Below are positions 27,735 through 42,497 of a DNA stretch of 64,000 bases, one piece after another. The stretch is from Octopus vulgaris. Lineage: Eukaryota. Positions within the stretch are counted from its first letter, which is position 1. Every line of letters begins with the position of its first letter. The notes under the pieces are model-generated. The model did no database searches. It was not told the DNA's origin and was given only the letters and a program-made list of their open reading frames with translations. Position numbers and translations under genes: made by a program. The stretch lies in NCBI GenBank assembly GCA_951406725.2, contig OX597814.1, positions 211,916,001 to 211,980,000 of the forward strand. Direction: 5' to 3'.

Positions 27735-28010
27735 TGCGTTCCCACATACACTGTTGTCTTCTTTGTCACCGACTCCGCCAGCAACTTTCTTCCGGTCAAT
27801 TCAACAAGTGGCTCCGTTCATTCAGACACGTTTCTTTTTCCTCTCACCATTCCTTATCTCCGTTTACTCTCATTCTTCCCTGTACAAGAATATTGGCGCA
27901 AGACGTCAAAGTCCTCTTCCATATTTATGAACGTCAAAGTAATACAAGTCGTGCGTTTTCTTTTATTTCTTTCTGTATTTTACATTTTTGGTACATTTTT
28001 AGCAAAATTT
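27735..28010 (+). mobile_element. Possible decayed Penelope-like 3' remnant
   Basis: Pyrimidine-rich segment between CA/TA tracts; only vestigial motif similarity. Confidence 0.3.
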
Positions 28011-28068
28011 ACATATATATATATATATATACGTACACACGCACGCACAAGCACACACACGCACACAC

Positions 28069-28134
<66 letters not shown>

Positions 28135-28163
28135 GGTGATGTTTTCGTTGATAATTTTTTATC

Positions 28164-28215
<52 letters not shown>

Positions 28216-28859
28216 TTTCAGTTTAATAGCTGTTTAGTTCTGAATTAAATTTTCTTCTGGAAACATTGAAGAATTAAATATAGACAAATAATTTTCAGCT
28301 AAATATATATATATATATATATATATATAAGTTTAGATTTCACACCGATAAATATTCTGCAGAAAGTTCTTTACTTGCTCATTCGAGTTCTGGACACTAA
28401 ATTATTTAAATTAAATACATAATTCCTTTTTTACATCATATTTGGGAAATTGTTATACTAACTTAAAAAATTGTCTCCATAATTCAATAATCATTAGTGA
28501 CCAACGTTAATTTAAATTTTTTCTGGTGAATTAGATCTACAAAAATCACCCATAGAAGGTACAAACATATATATCAGTGAAGATGAGACCACATTTAGCA
28601 GTTTGTTATTGAATAGTAATATATATTCATAGTACTATCAATTATGGTATCAGTCCAAGTTAATCAACCGTTATAGATTGATAGGACTCTTATGAGGAAG
28701 CATAGATTTTAAGAAAAAATATAACGATTCTAAACTTATGTTATATGTTTCGAATGCACCAAAAAATATAGTTTCAAATCAACCAGCTATACATACATAT
28801 ATACATACATACATGCATGCATTCATACATGCATAAATGCATACATACATACATGATTG

Positions 28860-30225
28860 CACTGTGAATAAAGATAGAGTGGCCAGTGAATATTGCACCT
28901 GACTTAGGAAAATATGGCAGTCGGAACTCTCCTCTTACAACAAAGCAATATCCCACAATGCGTTTGCAGCACCAGTGCTTATCTCAACATTTGAGGTACT
29001 TGATTGGTCTATAGAGGAAATTCATTCCATAGATATCAAAACCCGCAAAATCCTAACAACAATAGGCAGCTTCCACAGAAACAATCATATTGATAGGCTC
29101 TATCTAAGAAGAAATGAAAGTGGTAGAGGCCTGAAATCAGTACAGACGGACTTCGAATGCCGTATGATACTACTCAGGCAGCATCTGCTAAACAACAGCA
29201 GCAAAAATAAGTATATACATGCAGTGAGGAACATTGTACGAGTTGGAGGTGAGCTCCTCAAGAAGTACTCTCTCCCTGATTATCTATACAGCCCCAAAAT
29301 AGCTGTGCTCTCTTACGCCAGAGCAGACCTGGATGGAAAGCACTCTTACAAAAAGAAAGGAAAGAAATGTTATGCATGGGTATATTGCCCGGAAGCTTGA
29401 AAAGGACAGTAGAATTGACAAGAAGTGCAGTCTCTCATGGATACAAGTTCACTACATCACACTTTGAGGGCTATGCGTTTGCAATCCAGGAACAGGAGAT
29501 CGCCACGAAGTACCCAGTGAACAAAAGAAAAAGTGACGTACTTGTGATTCCAAGGTCGACCGTCATGTTTCCGAAGAAGACATCACGTATGTGATTAGCA
29601 GCTGTCCTAAAATTTCGCCACCGTCCTACCTCCCTATTCGGCACGTTGTTGTGGCTAAAACAATTTAGAATGCCATCCGCAAAAATGACTATCCTGAAAT
29701 AAACTTAGAAAACCCTTCTGTTATGGAATACATTCATAAACACAAACTCAAGGAATACTGGTGAAATATTCCCATCAAAACTCCTGTCAAATATAAACAT
29801 AACAGACCGAATATTCTTGAATGGGACAGAGACGCAAAAGTATGTACCATCATTGAGGTCACCTGTCCTGCAGATATAAATGTGTATTTGAAGATCAAAG
29901 AAAAGGAGGATATCTAAGGACAACTGCTTCGAAACCTGCAGCTTCTATATCCAGCCTATCAATTCATATTCGTACCAATAATAATTGCAGCACTAGGTTT
30001 TGTTAGTAAATGCTTAAAGGAGAATTTGGATTGACTGGGATTCTCAGAAATTGAAATCGACCGGCTAATTCGTACATTACAAGTGCAGTCTGAGAGCAGA
30101 ACATTTATGAAGTTCCAAATGTGAATTTGTCTGTGTTAACTACATCCAAAAGATATAGACTTGTCTCTTTGTCAGAAACCGGCTCCTTCCTCAGTGGAAT
30201 AGTTCTAATAATTAAAATATAGAAG
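28860..30225 (+). mobile_element. 5'-truncated R4/Dong-like LINE (restriction-like endonuclease type)
   Basis: DIKTRKILT...IDRLYL.R..SGRGL, FAIQEQEI, SSCP...RH.VVAK, HNRP.I motifs; frameshifted. Confidence 0.85.
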
Positions 30226-30261
30226 AGACACATACATACATAATTATAAATACATATATTA

Positions 30262-30448
30262 GTTTCCAATTTTGGAATAATGTCAGCAATTTCGGGAAGA
30301 AAATAAGTCTATTACATTGACATCAGACACTCATTCTATCGCTCCAAGAAGAGCTACGTCGAATTTGGCATAATTTGAAATCAGATAGTATAGACGGACG
30401 AAGTGTTCTAAGCATTTTGCCCGGCGTGGTATCGATTCTGCCAGCTTG
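30262..30448 (-). mobile_element. Decayed SINE family D
   Basis: aagcattttgcccggcgtggtatcgattctgccagc. Confidence 0.7.
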
Positions 30449-31464
30449 AAGCATTTATATTTAGATGTATTACACACACACACACATACACACACATACA
30501 CATACACATACGCACACATATATATGTATGCATGTATTTTACATAGATGTGTTTATATGTGTATATGTATACGTGTGAGTGTGTGTATGAAAAGTCGATA
30601 CGCATCTGCATTTCATTAAGTATATATCAAATGACATTAAGATCCAGGGAATATTTCAATATCAATGTGTACTTAGAATCCGTTTTAGTTACTTAGGAAC
30701 CCATGTAAAGTTATGTATCGGTACAGATTTGTATATGTATATACGTGTTCAAATGGTTCATCGCCTAAACCCTGAGAGCTCCAACTAATACTTTGACGTC
30801 TCTAAATATCCTTAATATCTCTACACCCACCCTCTCAGCCTCAGTTTTTTTTTATTATAACTACCCGTCTTCTACGCTGACTTTCTTTTTGCTCTTTCCT
30901 TCTTAAACAAGCTACGCGCTATAATTTTTTTCTCAATTAATCTTTGTTCTACGATTCATTCCTGTAATCTACACTATACGATTTGTGATACACCCATGTC
31001 TGGGTTATTTACCCGCTGCCATTACACGCCGACTCTTATCCAACCTGCCCTTTTATAAGTGCCTCTTGTACACTGCATCTTATTAATACAAACCCTTTCA
31101 ACAATTCCCCATCTCTCCTTCCATTGTTACCTCGTCCGCAAGCAACGCTTCATCCGCCACATCCACTGTTTAGCGTGAGAATAACTTTTCACGTTTCCTG
31201 TTTCAATTATTGGACTTTGTCTCCTCTTACACTGATTATCATAAGCCACACGTCTTTATTCTTCTCTTGCTTCTTTCTCTACTACCACACTTAAGCATTG
31301 CATTCATGATACTTATTTAAATGACAGTGAAGTCGCATTATAAGTTCAACAACCTAACCTGTTTACAAGTGTTATAATGTGGTTCTATTTTCAAAGGATG
31401 AATTGTCTATCATCTGATGGACAGGTTAGCGGAACATGTCAGACGTATCCTATTTGGCAACATG

Positions 31465-31848
31465 TGGAGGCGCAATGGCCCAGTGGTTAGGGCAGCGGAC
31501 TCGCGGTCATAGGATCGCGGTTTCGATTCCCAGACCGGGTGTTGTGAGTGTTTATTGAGCGAAAACACCTAAAGCTCCACGAGGCTCCGGCAGGGATGGT
31601 GGTGATCCCTGCTGTACTCTTTCACCACAACTTTCTCTCACTCTTACTTCCTGTTTCTGCTGTACCTGTATTTCAAAGGGCCAGCCTTGTCACTCTCTGT
31701 GTCACGCTGAATATCCCCGAGAACTACGTTAAGGGTACACGTGCCTGTGGAGTGCTCAGCCACTTACACGTTAATTTCAGGAGCAGGCTGTTCCGTTGAT
31801 TCGGATCAACCGGAACCCTCGTCGTCGTAACCGACGGAGTGCTTCCAT
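31465..31848 (+). mobile_element. Full-length SINE family B with 12-bp TSD
   Basis: atttggcaacat on both sides; tRNA-like head. Confidence 0.92.
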
Positions 31849-32194
31849 CATTTGGCAACATATCACATATGTCATTCGACATTTTTCTCAGCCAGTCATT
31901 CCAACAAACAAATGTCGGGCTTCCGCTGGACATTCAACTACAAAATGAAACACGGCCTTGCATTTTCTTGATATTTTCAGCCCTTAATTTATAAAAAATT
32001 CTCACGCTTCTCTCTTGTTTTCCATTATGAAATTGTTTCTAGTTAAACATATGGACGTACACAAATGAACTATATGTTTGTATGCGTGTGTTTGTGTATT
32101 TATATGTATATACATACACTCAACACACATACAAACACGCATACACACACACACATACACACACACACACACACATACACACACGCATATATAT

Positions 32195-32980
32195 AGGGTG
32201 ATATGACTAAATTTACTGCTTACTTATGTCTCTTGTTTTCAGGCACAGCTCGATAAATAAGAGAAGAGTCAACGGCATTGAAGAGTATAAATATAAAAGT
32301 TGAATAATAACAGAAAAAGTTAGCTGACGTGATGGAGGGGAAGCTGTCGGAATACAGGAATACTGTCACCTGCATCATGAAGAATGCTGTTCATTGTTCT
32401 GTGAACAATGAGACATGGACAACTACCACGTCGTTTACGATGATGTTGTTAACGGAAAAGGGAGACAACAAGCATTCTGGCTGTGTCTCCAAGTCGATGG
32501 TCATCCGCGAGTTTTAGAACAGATATTTAGGCTCAATTCAACTACATACGTGACGCTGCAAGAGAACGGTCAATTCCTGGCTTGAGCTGTTTGCTGCTTG
32601 AATGTCATATGCAGGTCTCGGTCAAACACCGGGAATGTGTTACAAATGATTGTCAGAAAGTTTCTACGACTTTGTCAACCAAATTTCGGGCCTCCTAATA
32701 TCCCCGGTTGTAATCCCATGAATTAATGTGGGGTGCGTGCATTTAAGAAAGACAACAGCCCTTTTTGGTTCCAGCACAAAGGCCGAAGTGATGGCCAAGA
32801 TGTAGGAGGTGCTCGAAAATCTTTGCATAGACACCGAGGGGACCCCATGCGCTAGGTTTTGTTTTAAAGGGATGGAGAAAGTTGTTATCTCCCAGCCAAA
32901 ACCTAGTTCATATTTTTAAATGGGATCTTGTATTTTCTTTTCCTTTTAAGCAAACTGGAATATTTAGCCCGGACATCTTT
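32195..32980 (+). mobile_element. Highly decayed Tc1/mariner-superfamily transposon
   Basis: PPNIPGCNPMN at ~32690 (WPPNSPDLNP.D-type motif); ta-gggtg start. Confidence 0.5.
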
Positions 32981-32995
32981 TACATACATACACAC

Positions 32996-33026
<31 letters not shown>

Positions 33027-33164
33027 CATACATACATACATACACACATACATACATGCATACATACATACATATATACATGCATACATACATACATGCA
33101 TACATGCACACATACATACCTGCACGCACACACACACGCACACACCGGTCTATTTGTCAATGTG

Positions 33165-33490
33165 TATGGCTGAGTGTGTAGGACAACGGGATCGCAATCA
33201 CGCGGTAGTGAGTTTGATTTCCGAACCGGGCTGTGTGTTGAGTTCTTGAGTGGGAAATTTTTATTTCACGTCGTTCCAGTTCATACGTCTGTAGAAATGA
33301 GTTGCGACGTCATTTAGGCCATGGTGTATCGGTTTTCACTTTTCACTTGGTTAACGTCGGTGGAATGGACAGGGGAGACTTGTATGTATGGGTGAAGGCT
33401 GTCCTTCCATAAAGAGCCTTGCCCGGAATTATGCATCGAAAGAGAAACTTCTAGGTACAGCACCATGGTCATTCATGATCGAAGGTTGTC
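33165..33490 (+). mobile_element. Decayed SINE family C
   Basis: gtagaaatgagttgcgacgtca...ccatggtcattcatgatcgaagg. Confidence 0.75.
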
Positions 33491-33530
33491 TATGTATGTA
33501 TGTATTTATGTATGTATGTATATATGTATG

Positions 33531-33564
<34 letters not shown>

Positions 33565-33830
33565 TGTATGTAGGTAGGTATGTAGGTAGGTAGGTAGGTA
33601 GGTAGGTAGGTAGATAGGTAGGTAGGTAGGTAGGTATGTATGTAGGTAGGTAGGTAGGTAGGTAGTTATGTAGGTAGGTATGTAGGTATGTAGGTAGGTA
33701 GGTAGGTAGGTAGGTAGGTAGGTAGGTAGGTAGGTAGGTAGTTAGGTAGGTAGGTAGGTAGGTAGGTAGGTATGTAGGTAGGTAGGTAGGTCGGTAGGTC
33801 GGTAGGTAGGTAGGTAGGTATGTAGGTATG
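33491..33830. repeat. (TATG)n/(TAGG)n compound microsatellite
   Basis: Direct reading. Confidence 0.97.
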
Positions 33831-33939
33831 AATATATGTATTCCGAATAAACCAACGGGAATGATATGACATGTGATAAATAAATATCCAATAGTTGCAG
33901 CAGTCAGACTCACAAATGAATGATTGAATTTAATGAGAA

Positions 33940-34560
33940 CCTCTACTCGTTAAGAAAATCCAGTAAGTTCTTAGTTGGACCTGACTACTTGTTAAAGGAG
34001 ATTTTTGAGGAAGAAAAGCAAATGAGAAATGTATTTTGATATCAAAAAAAAATTCTAAAATATGTTGTACTAAATATCATTCAATTTTGGGTGATGCACA
34101 TATTGTCTCCACCCTACAAAATTCCAAATAGATTTACCAGGTAAAAGTGAAATTCATAATGCTTCCAAATATCGACATTGAAATACTTTCGGAAACATCT
34201 TTCATTCTTTATATAGAATAGTAGCAATATGTAGAATTATCTTTGATCATAATTTAGAAATAGTACTTGTCCTTTTTATAGAAAACTTGGAGCTATAGTA
34301 GAAATGTGAGAAACATCTCGCTACAATGATTGAGTTGAGGATTTCTGTTAGGTACATTGGGATCTGGAACAATCACCTCGTTGACCAATTTGAAAATATG
34401 CAAAATAGTTGTCCGAAATATGTTACTCGATGTCTAGCACAATTTTGATACCTATGAAAACATCTAATGATGACTTATGTAATTATAACCCATCATTGTA
34501 TGGAACATTTGGTCAGATCTTTGGTAAACATGTTCTACACTATTATTATGAAAAAGAAAT
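33940..34560 (+). mobile_element. Very decayed CR1-like LINE remnant
   Basis: YIGIWNNHLVDQFENMQ at ~34350 resembles the CR1 W.P....LE.VQ motif. Confidence 0.35.
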
Positions 34561-35719
34561 CTAAATCAACTCTTTGTGTACTTTGATCGATTACGAGGTA
34601 GTGATTGGTCCTGCACTATATGAGTGGCATTTCATGTTTCAGAAAGCGTATCAGTTTCATGACAATATCTCAATATGTCTAAAAACAAATATGAATACCA
34701 GGAAACTACTGGAATCAATATGCTCGTCTTCATCATATGAATCACCTGTAAAGTTTTACCGCAAATAAATTCATTTGAAATATAAAATAGATAGAAAGTG
34801 ATTCCATGCAGAACAGGTCCTCTTAATTAACGATGATCTGAAATTGTATGAAGGATGTTGCTGATTTTGAGTTGGGTGTCTTCTGTGTAAAAATGGCATT
34901 ATAATGCTCCTTAGGGAGCAGTATTGTAATTAAAGGATATGTGAAAACGAGAAACTCTCGAGCATCTTATTTGACATTCCATGGCTGGGAGATAATACAG
35001 AAAATCGATAACCTTGAGCTTTACGGAATACTGCTAGTATATGAGCGGAACCTGTGAGTGGGAAAACGGATGAAGAATAACAGAAAAAGATTCTAGAAAC
35101 CAAAGCGAATAACATTCGAAAAAATAGGTTAGCGGTCAGACCACTATACAACTCTATAAGTATCACTACTAATGTAACATAAAATTGTAATTCAAATTCA
35201 CAAACATTAAGCATAAAATAGTAGCAAGAAGCAACATGTAGATTGTTCTATTGAAGAATATAAAGTCTGTCGGGGTATTTTATGTGGAAAAATAGACTAC
35301 AATTTAATCGTTGCGCTTATTATTATAAATTATCTATTTAGTATTGGAATGGATCAATTACAAACAAAGACTGAAATCGTCTCTGAATTTGCAGTTTGAA
35401 ATCATTAGACATGTTCAAACTGCAAATGACATCACTAAATTTATAAATGTATGTATGGGAATTCGAGAACAAAATTGCAAGTATCACTACACTAATTTGG
35501 CAAAAGTGGAAATAGATTTAGGTAATTGCCATGTTCTTAGCTGCTCACCACAAGTGTTTTCCACCATTCTTATCCCTATTTCATTCGTATTCAAAAAAAT
35601 AAACTATAGTTATAACCTTCTAAAATTTCAATCAATATCAATCATCTGCTATACAAGGATGATCTAAAGTCACACGACACGAGCGTAAAAATTAGAATAA
35701 ACCTCGCAGTACAGTGAAG

Positions 35720-36900
35720 GTGTTTATAATTGAGATCAGAACTGAATTTTCTTCTCAAAATGGGGTATCCATGAAGTCAAAGAAGGAAAATGCCAGAAGT
35801 GACAGAATATATCTATTAAACAAGAAGAAAATACAGAAGATTGATACCGATGAAGGATAAAAACATTTGAATGACTTGGATGCTGATATATAAAGAATAG
35901 AGAAATGAAAGATGAAATCAAGAAATACTATTTCTATAGAGCAAGGAAGATATTAAAATTTAAAGTCAATGATATAAATACCAAAAGTGCCAAAAGCTAA
36001 AAATAATCATTCATCTTCAATATAGCGCTGAAATAATGAAATTGAGACAGGAAGAACTTGAGAACGGAGATGGAAAACAAAGCATTTGCTAACAATCTGA
36101 AGAACCCTACGCCCATGGGCAGTGGTTCACAGAATGTGCTTTGAAAGAAAAAAGACAAGGATCGATAAAAATGAGAAGTCATAAAACTACCGGTATAGAT
36201 GTGGAGTGTTTAAGGAAATACGTTAGTGAGAGTGGATGCGTTGCCTTTAAATTCAGTAAGAAGCGACATGGTAGCTGGATAAAAAGGAAGAAATGAAAAT
36301 CTCAAGAATAAGAAAAGCAAATATACGAACAGAAGGAAATAAACATAAAACCGCTTTCAAAGTATTGTATTTCATTGAATCGAGATTCACATATCAGTTC
36401 AATTGCTAGAAGAATGACGCTTTCAGGAAAGAGACGGAGGCCTTGATCCTAGCAGTAGCATTAAACAGTGGGATCAAGACACATTAGAAAGATTACTGAT
36501 AGGAAGACATCTCAGATGCTTGTGGAATGTAGGGTGAAGGAGAATATATGGTTTCACAAGTAGTATTTGAATGTAAAGAATTGCTCGGTGTACTTACAAT
36601 AAGTAGTAAAAAGAAAACTAATCGCAATTTGGACTCGACAAATTGAAAGTTGGTATGAAAATACAATGGAATATTGCATTAAAACATCCATGACAAAGAA
36701 GCATTAGATATAAAAGTTCAAGCAAATAGATCCAAGTGTCGTCAGTCAATAAAAAGGAAAATATTGTTGCTTAATCACATGTCGTGTGCCTGGTTTAAAG
36801 TAGAAGGAAGTAAAATAGGGGCATCAGAAAACTGTGAATTGCACTATAGCTGTGTTTAACCCAATTGTAACATATCTTTCCAGGTGAAAAAATTTTAATT
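35720..36900 (+). mobile_element. Very decayed R4/Dong-like LINE
   Basis: EIKKYYFYRARKILKFKVN parallels EYLRRVKKVLASKLN of the 58610 element; LAVALNSGIKT-like segment. Confidence 0.55.
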
Positions 36901-39129
36901 ACTGTTGAATATGTATATCGAATAGAATTTTATAGCTCTAGAGGAAGCATGTAGTCTAATGCATAGCAGTAAAATAATGGCAGAAAAAAAACTAAATATT
37001 CAATGAACGAAACAAAACGTATAGTAATAATAATTCTTCAGCTGAACGAAACGTCACTGTCTTATTTCCCCTATACAAAATGTCATGGAATACAAAGGAA
37101 ATTAAAACGCAAATGCATCCGTTAACCTTGATATATAAAACAACTTTTAGAAATGGAGTACTAATCATCCAGCCAGTGAGTATGAAGACAATTTGAATGA
37201 AGATATGGAATTTATTCGTCAATTCTCTCAAACAATAATATGCATTTATTATTAGTAGGAATTAAATTGTACAGTTACATTATACTTTCCCAAGGAAACT
37301 AAAGCATTTTCCTCTGAGAATCAAAAGAAAATTAAAAAGATCCTAATGTATAAGCAAAGTTTTGTCTTAATTGTCTAGCCAGTTTAAGACAACCTAAAAC
37401 TCGAAACATCAAATTTAGAAAAAGAATACTCAAGAGAAAGACAAAATACAAAAAAAAACAACTAATAGCAAAAATAAAACATGACATAGATATAGAAAGA
37501 ATGAGAGCATACATATCTAACATAGACATCACATTTGCAAAACAAACTACTGAAATCATAAAAAAAAATATTATCTTCAGACAGGGACGGACCGTTCAGA
37601 TATTGACAAAGATTGAGACATAGAAGATAAGAGAACGCATATGAGAATACTAGCAAGATAGAAAAAAAAACAAGAAAATGTACAGAAAACTATCAACTAT
37701 GAGAATGAATGGTATGAGAAAAAATAAGAGACAATAATCTTATACGGACATATTTGAAAGATTAAAATGAATACACGATCTTCCTAATAGCTTAGCTAAA
37801 GTGTCTCTCAATATTATTTTGTCTAAAACACAAAATAAAGAAATGCAAAGAATGCATATCACAGAGCTTAATAAAAGTAGACACAAGCATCAATTTTACC
37901 ATGATTAACCAGATAATATATGCACTTACCATAGTAATTATAATGGAATATAAGTATTCACTCATATTTATTCATACAGAAAAATCGAAACAATTATGTA
38001 ATATTGAAAACAAACATCCAGGCAAAACCAGAATATGAAAGACGAGTTCACAATCCTTAAGGAAAAACATAAATAAAAATCTTGAAAGACCGACAACTAC
38101 TAAAGAAATATAACAAAACTAAAAAAGATATTACTCTGATATCAAAGAAAGTCTTCCTCATTATATCACAAAGAATCATCGTTAAAAAAATATGATTCTT
38201 TGAACAAAACAAACTGTTCTACGTAATTGAAAACGATTTTATCAGTATCTATGTAAAAGTGAAATAAAAATTAAAGCAGCGCCATAGAAAGTAAAGTAAA
38301 AGAAATTGTGAATTGGCGAACAATATACATTATAGATACGGTATATAGCCAAAGTTCTGCGGATGCCATCGATACATATCATACAGAAAATAACGTTAAA
38401 AATATCCCAAAGAACAGCAACCGAATTCGAAAACAAACAGTAGCAAGATTGAAGAATAACTGGCATTAGCTTATTATTGCAATGTTATCGATTTTTATCA
38501 GATAAAAATGCATTTGAAACGTAGAATGAATCAAATTAGAAAGATAAAAAAGTTGTAGTTATAAAATTTTGTACGTAAATATGTGAAATTGGAAAGGACA
38601 TCGAACTTCAACGTTTCCATAGAACTAGATGACATCAGTAAAAGTATAGAAACGGTAAGAATACTGTGGGTTAACGAAATTGAAAGGATATCACGGAAGA
38701 GTATGTTCACATCAAGTGTAGTACCTGAATAATTGAAGGGATCCATATCAGCTCATTAAATATCGAGGAAGTTACTGGAAACTGTAGTGAGGAGTCCTAG
38801 CATTTTGGTTGCAATATTTGGCACACATCCACCTGTTGCAGGTAGAAAGAGTTAATGATCTGCTTAGAGAGTCGAACAACAAATCAGAATGTGATGAAGC
38901 AACTGGCTCAATTTTTTCTTAATCTCTGAAACTGAAGAAACACAAAACACAAAATTATACTGATCTATCATTTGTCGGCCCAGAGAATAGAAATGTTAAA
39001 GTAACAATAACGTAGGTAATTAATGATTGCTTAGAATAAAATGGTTTACGATATATGCCCATAAAACTTTGAAATACATACATACACACATTACAAACAT
39101 ATATATATATATATAGTGAGAGAGAGAGG

Positions 39130-39557
<428 letters not shown>

Positions 39558-39956
39558 GATTGGGTTTTGGTCTTCAACGAAATTAAGATATATGAAACAT
39601 GCTGAATGTGGGGGAAGGAAGAAAATTAGACGAATGAAGAAAAAAATGAATTTGATTAGAAGAAAAAGTAACCCATATTCTATGCTAGAAGTGAAGAAAT
39701 AATGTAACATTGCCAAAGAAATCCATTACATGTGTCGTACTCGAGAAAAATATAATAAATCTACAAATATGTATGTAACATGATAAGAATACGGTTACTA
39801 AAAATGTGTTTGAGAAGAAGCAATTAATTGGATTTCTAGCTAAGAGAATATTCACTGATGGCAGAGTTACACGTATGATATTCTTGAAATTATACCACCA
39901 CCATGAAGTAATGCTTTAAAAGAATTAGTCAAAATATGTTTAGACTAACAACCATC

Positions 39957-40018
39957 TCAGGCCGACCAAAGCGTTGTGAGTGGATTTGGTAGACGGAAAC
40001 TGAAAAAAGCCCGTCGTA

Positions 40019-40066
<48 letters not shown>

Positions 40067-40580
40067 TGGAGAAATGGCAGTCAAAGACCGTTTTTCCAAT
40101 TTCGAATGGCAGTCAAACGGTTCTCCACTTATAGAAATTGGAAAAACGGTCTTTGACTGCCATTTCTAATTCCTTCGGTATGAGGTGAAACAGCCTGCTG
40201 TTAGCCTTCTTATTTTTCTTTACTATATACTGAACCTTACAAAGGTCTTGACAATTAATTTGTCGTATTTACATACCGAAATTTACCGGTAAATAATTGT
40301 TGGTTACATGATAAACCACAGGAAAATTATTTACCATTTTTATTGAATATATATATATGCGTGTGTGTGTCTGTGTTTGTCCCCCTAGCATTGCTTGACA
40401 ACCGATGCTGGTGTGTTTATGTCCCCGTCACTTAGCGGTTCGGCAAAAGAGACCGATAGAATAAGTACTGGGCTTCCAAAAGAATAAGTCCCGGGGTCGA
40501 GTTGCTCGATTAAAGGCGGTGCTCCAGCATGGCCGCAGTCAAATGACTGAAACAAGTAAAAGAGTAAAAGAGTAAAGAGT
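39957..40580 (+). mobile_element. 5'-truncated SINE family A carrying a fold-back insertion (40063-40346) in its TA tract
   Basis: SINE halves at 39957-40025 and 40360-40580 flank unrelated sequence. Confidence 0.85.
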
Positions 40581-40787
40581 ATATCATAGCCTATGGTATA
40601 TCAGAGCCTAAACACGAGTGATCTAAACTAATGCACCCCATATTGATGTAAGTCAATAGAAATGAAGGCACTTCCCTAATTAGAAGCTGTATAAAACGAT
40701 AATGCTGCTTTAAAATAAATGGAGGAACTATCCGAATAAAAATATCTTGAAAAATAAGTATACTCAATTTTAGGAATAAAATCCTTG

Positions 40788-40861
40788 CACAATACGTATC
40801 TCAGCCATATACCCTTACACAATGCGTATCTCAGCCATATACCCTTACACAATACGTATCC
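40788..40861. repeat. 30-bp tandem repeat (~2.5 copies)
   Basis: cacaat(a/g)cgtatctcagccatataccctta. Confidence 0.9.
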
Positions 40862-40990
40862 CGGAAATTATTTAAACGAAGTTAAGAAATAATCATAACT
40901 CAGATATCAGGGCATATAATTATGCTTATGTACAGCATAGAGTAAAACAAAATGATACAGAGTCCTGCAGCTTTAGCACATAAACAGGAC

Positions 40991-41395
40991 GCAGGAGTGG
41001 CTGTGTGGTAAGTAGCTTGCTTACCAACCACATGGTCCTGGGTTCAGTCCCACAGCCTGGCACCTTGGGAAAGTGTCTTCAACTATAGCCTCGGGGCGAC
41101 CAAAGCCTTGTGAGTGGATTTGGGAGACGGAAACTGAAAGAAGCCCGTCGTATATATGTATATGAATATATATATGTGTGTGTGTGTTTGTTTGTCTGTG
41201 TTTGTCCTCCCCAACATCAATTGGCAACCAATGCTGGTGTGTTTACGTCCCCGTAAATTAGCGGTTCCGTAAAGAGACTGATATGATAAGTACTAGGCTT
41301 ACAAAAAATAAGCCCTGGGGTCGATTTCCTCGATTAAAGTCGGTGCTCCAGCATGGCCGCAGTCAAAAGATTGAAAAAAATTAAAGAAAAAAGAA
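40991..41395 (+). mobile_element. SINE family A
   Basis: Same head, body and tail as 4875-5283. Confidence 0.9.
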
Positions 41396-42497
41396 TAAAC
41401 TACTCTGAATTTAATAGCAATGCAAAAACCAAACACTGGTTATGTCGATGGCAAAGAAAACTGTCTTAACTTGTGCTGTGGCATCGTGAAAGGAAATAAG
41501 AGTAGGCAAGATTAGAAATGACAACCTTTGGGCTAAACGCTTATAAGCTATGAATGCAAAAGTGGATATATTAATAAGAGTGGATATATTAATAAGAGTG
41601 AATGTCTCCGCAGGCAGTGAAGAAGTACTTTTGAAGATTCGGTCACTCACATCGCATTATCTTTAAATGTATCCGTTGTGTGACATTGCATAATGTAACT
41701 TTCTCTAAGCCTCAATCTTAATCGCATTTATCTGAATTGAAGATAGAATTTTAATGCATCGAAAACATTTTCGTTCTTATTAGAAGTAAATATGTTTGCA
41801 AATTCAGCGTATTTTTATGCAATTTACAAGGGAGGGAAAGAAATTTAAACAAACCATTGTACTGATAGGAGAAGAAGACCAAGTCATTTAATGAAATTGC
41901 ATGACAATTATAGATGATGTTGAAAGACTTTAATTTATATTCATAAATGTATTTATCTACATATATATCGTTTTCTAGGGAGAAAGACGTTGACAGAAAT
42001 GGAGGCCGGGAAGCACATAGAACTTGAAGAAATTATTCGACAAATGAATAGTCAGATTGCCGAAACTGAAATGAAAATGCATTTTGATGATAATGATGAT
42101 GTGTATATATATATACAAACATAAATATATATTCATACTTAAATATATCGTCTCCCCACCTCTATCTCTCTCTGTATATATAAATATATATATATACAAA
42201 CATAAATATATATTCATATTTAAATATATATTCTCCCCCCTATATTCAATATATTGAATATTCCCTGCGTTACCATATGCTTTCATGCGCCGACCCTTGT
42301 CATCTACCGTGAAATATGAAAAAAAACCCATTTTTCAGCTTATCCTACTTCGATACGATAAAACAGCACAAACCCTGTCTCAAGTACTACTGTCTCTGAA
42401 AGTTGATTTGTTTTATATTTACTAGGGATTGCATGAAGCTAACTTTCTTCCTACACATCGACCCTTGGATCTTACATTTATATATATATGTATATAT

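Noticed and set aside
31390-31445. Additional hammerhead (ctgatgga...ggaacatgtcaga)
   Set aside because: The core has several mismatches and stem II does not pair.
40788-40861. CRISPR-like repeat
   Set aside because: Head-to-tail 30-mers with no spacers, in a eukaryotic context.
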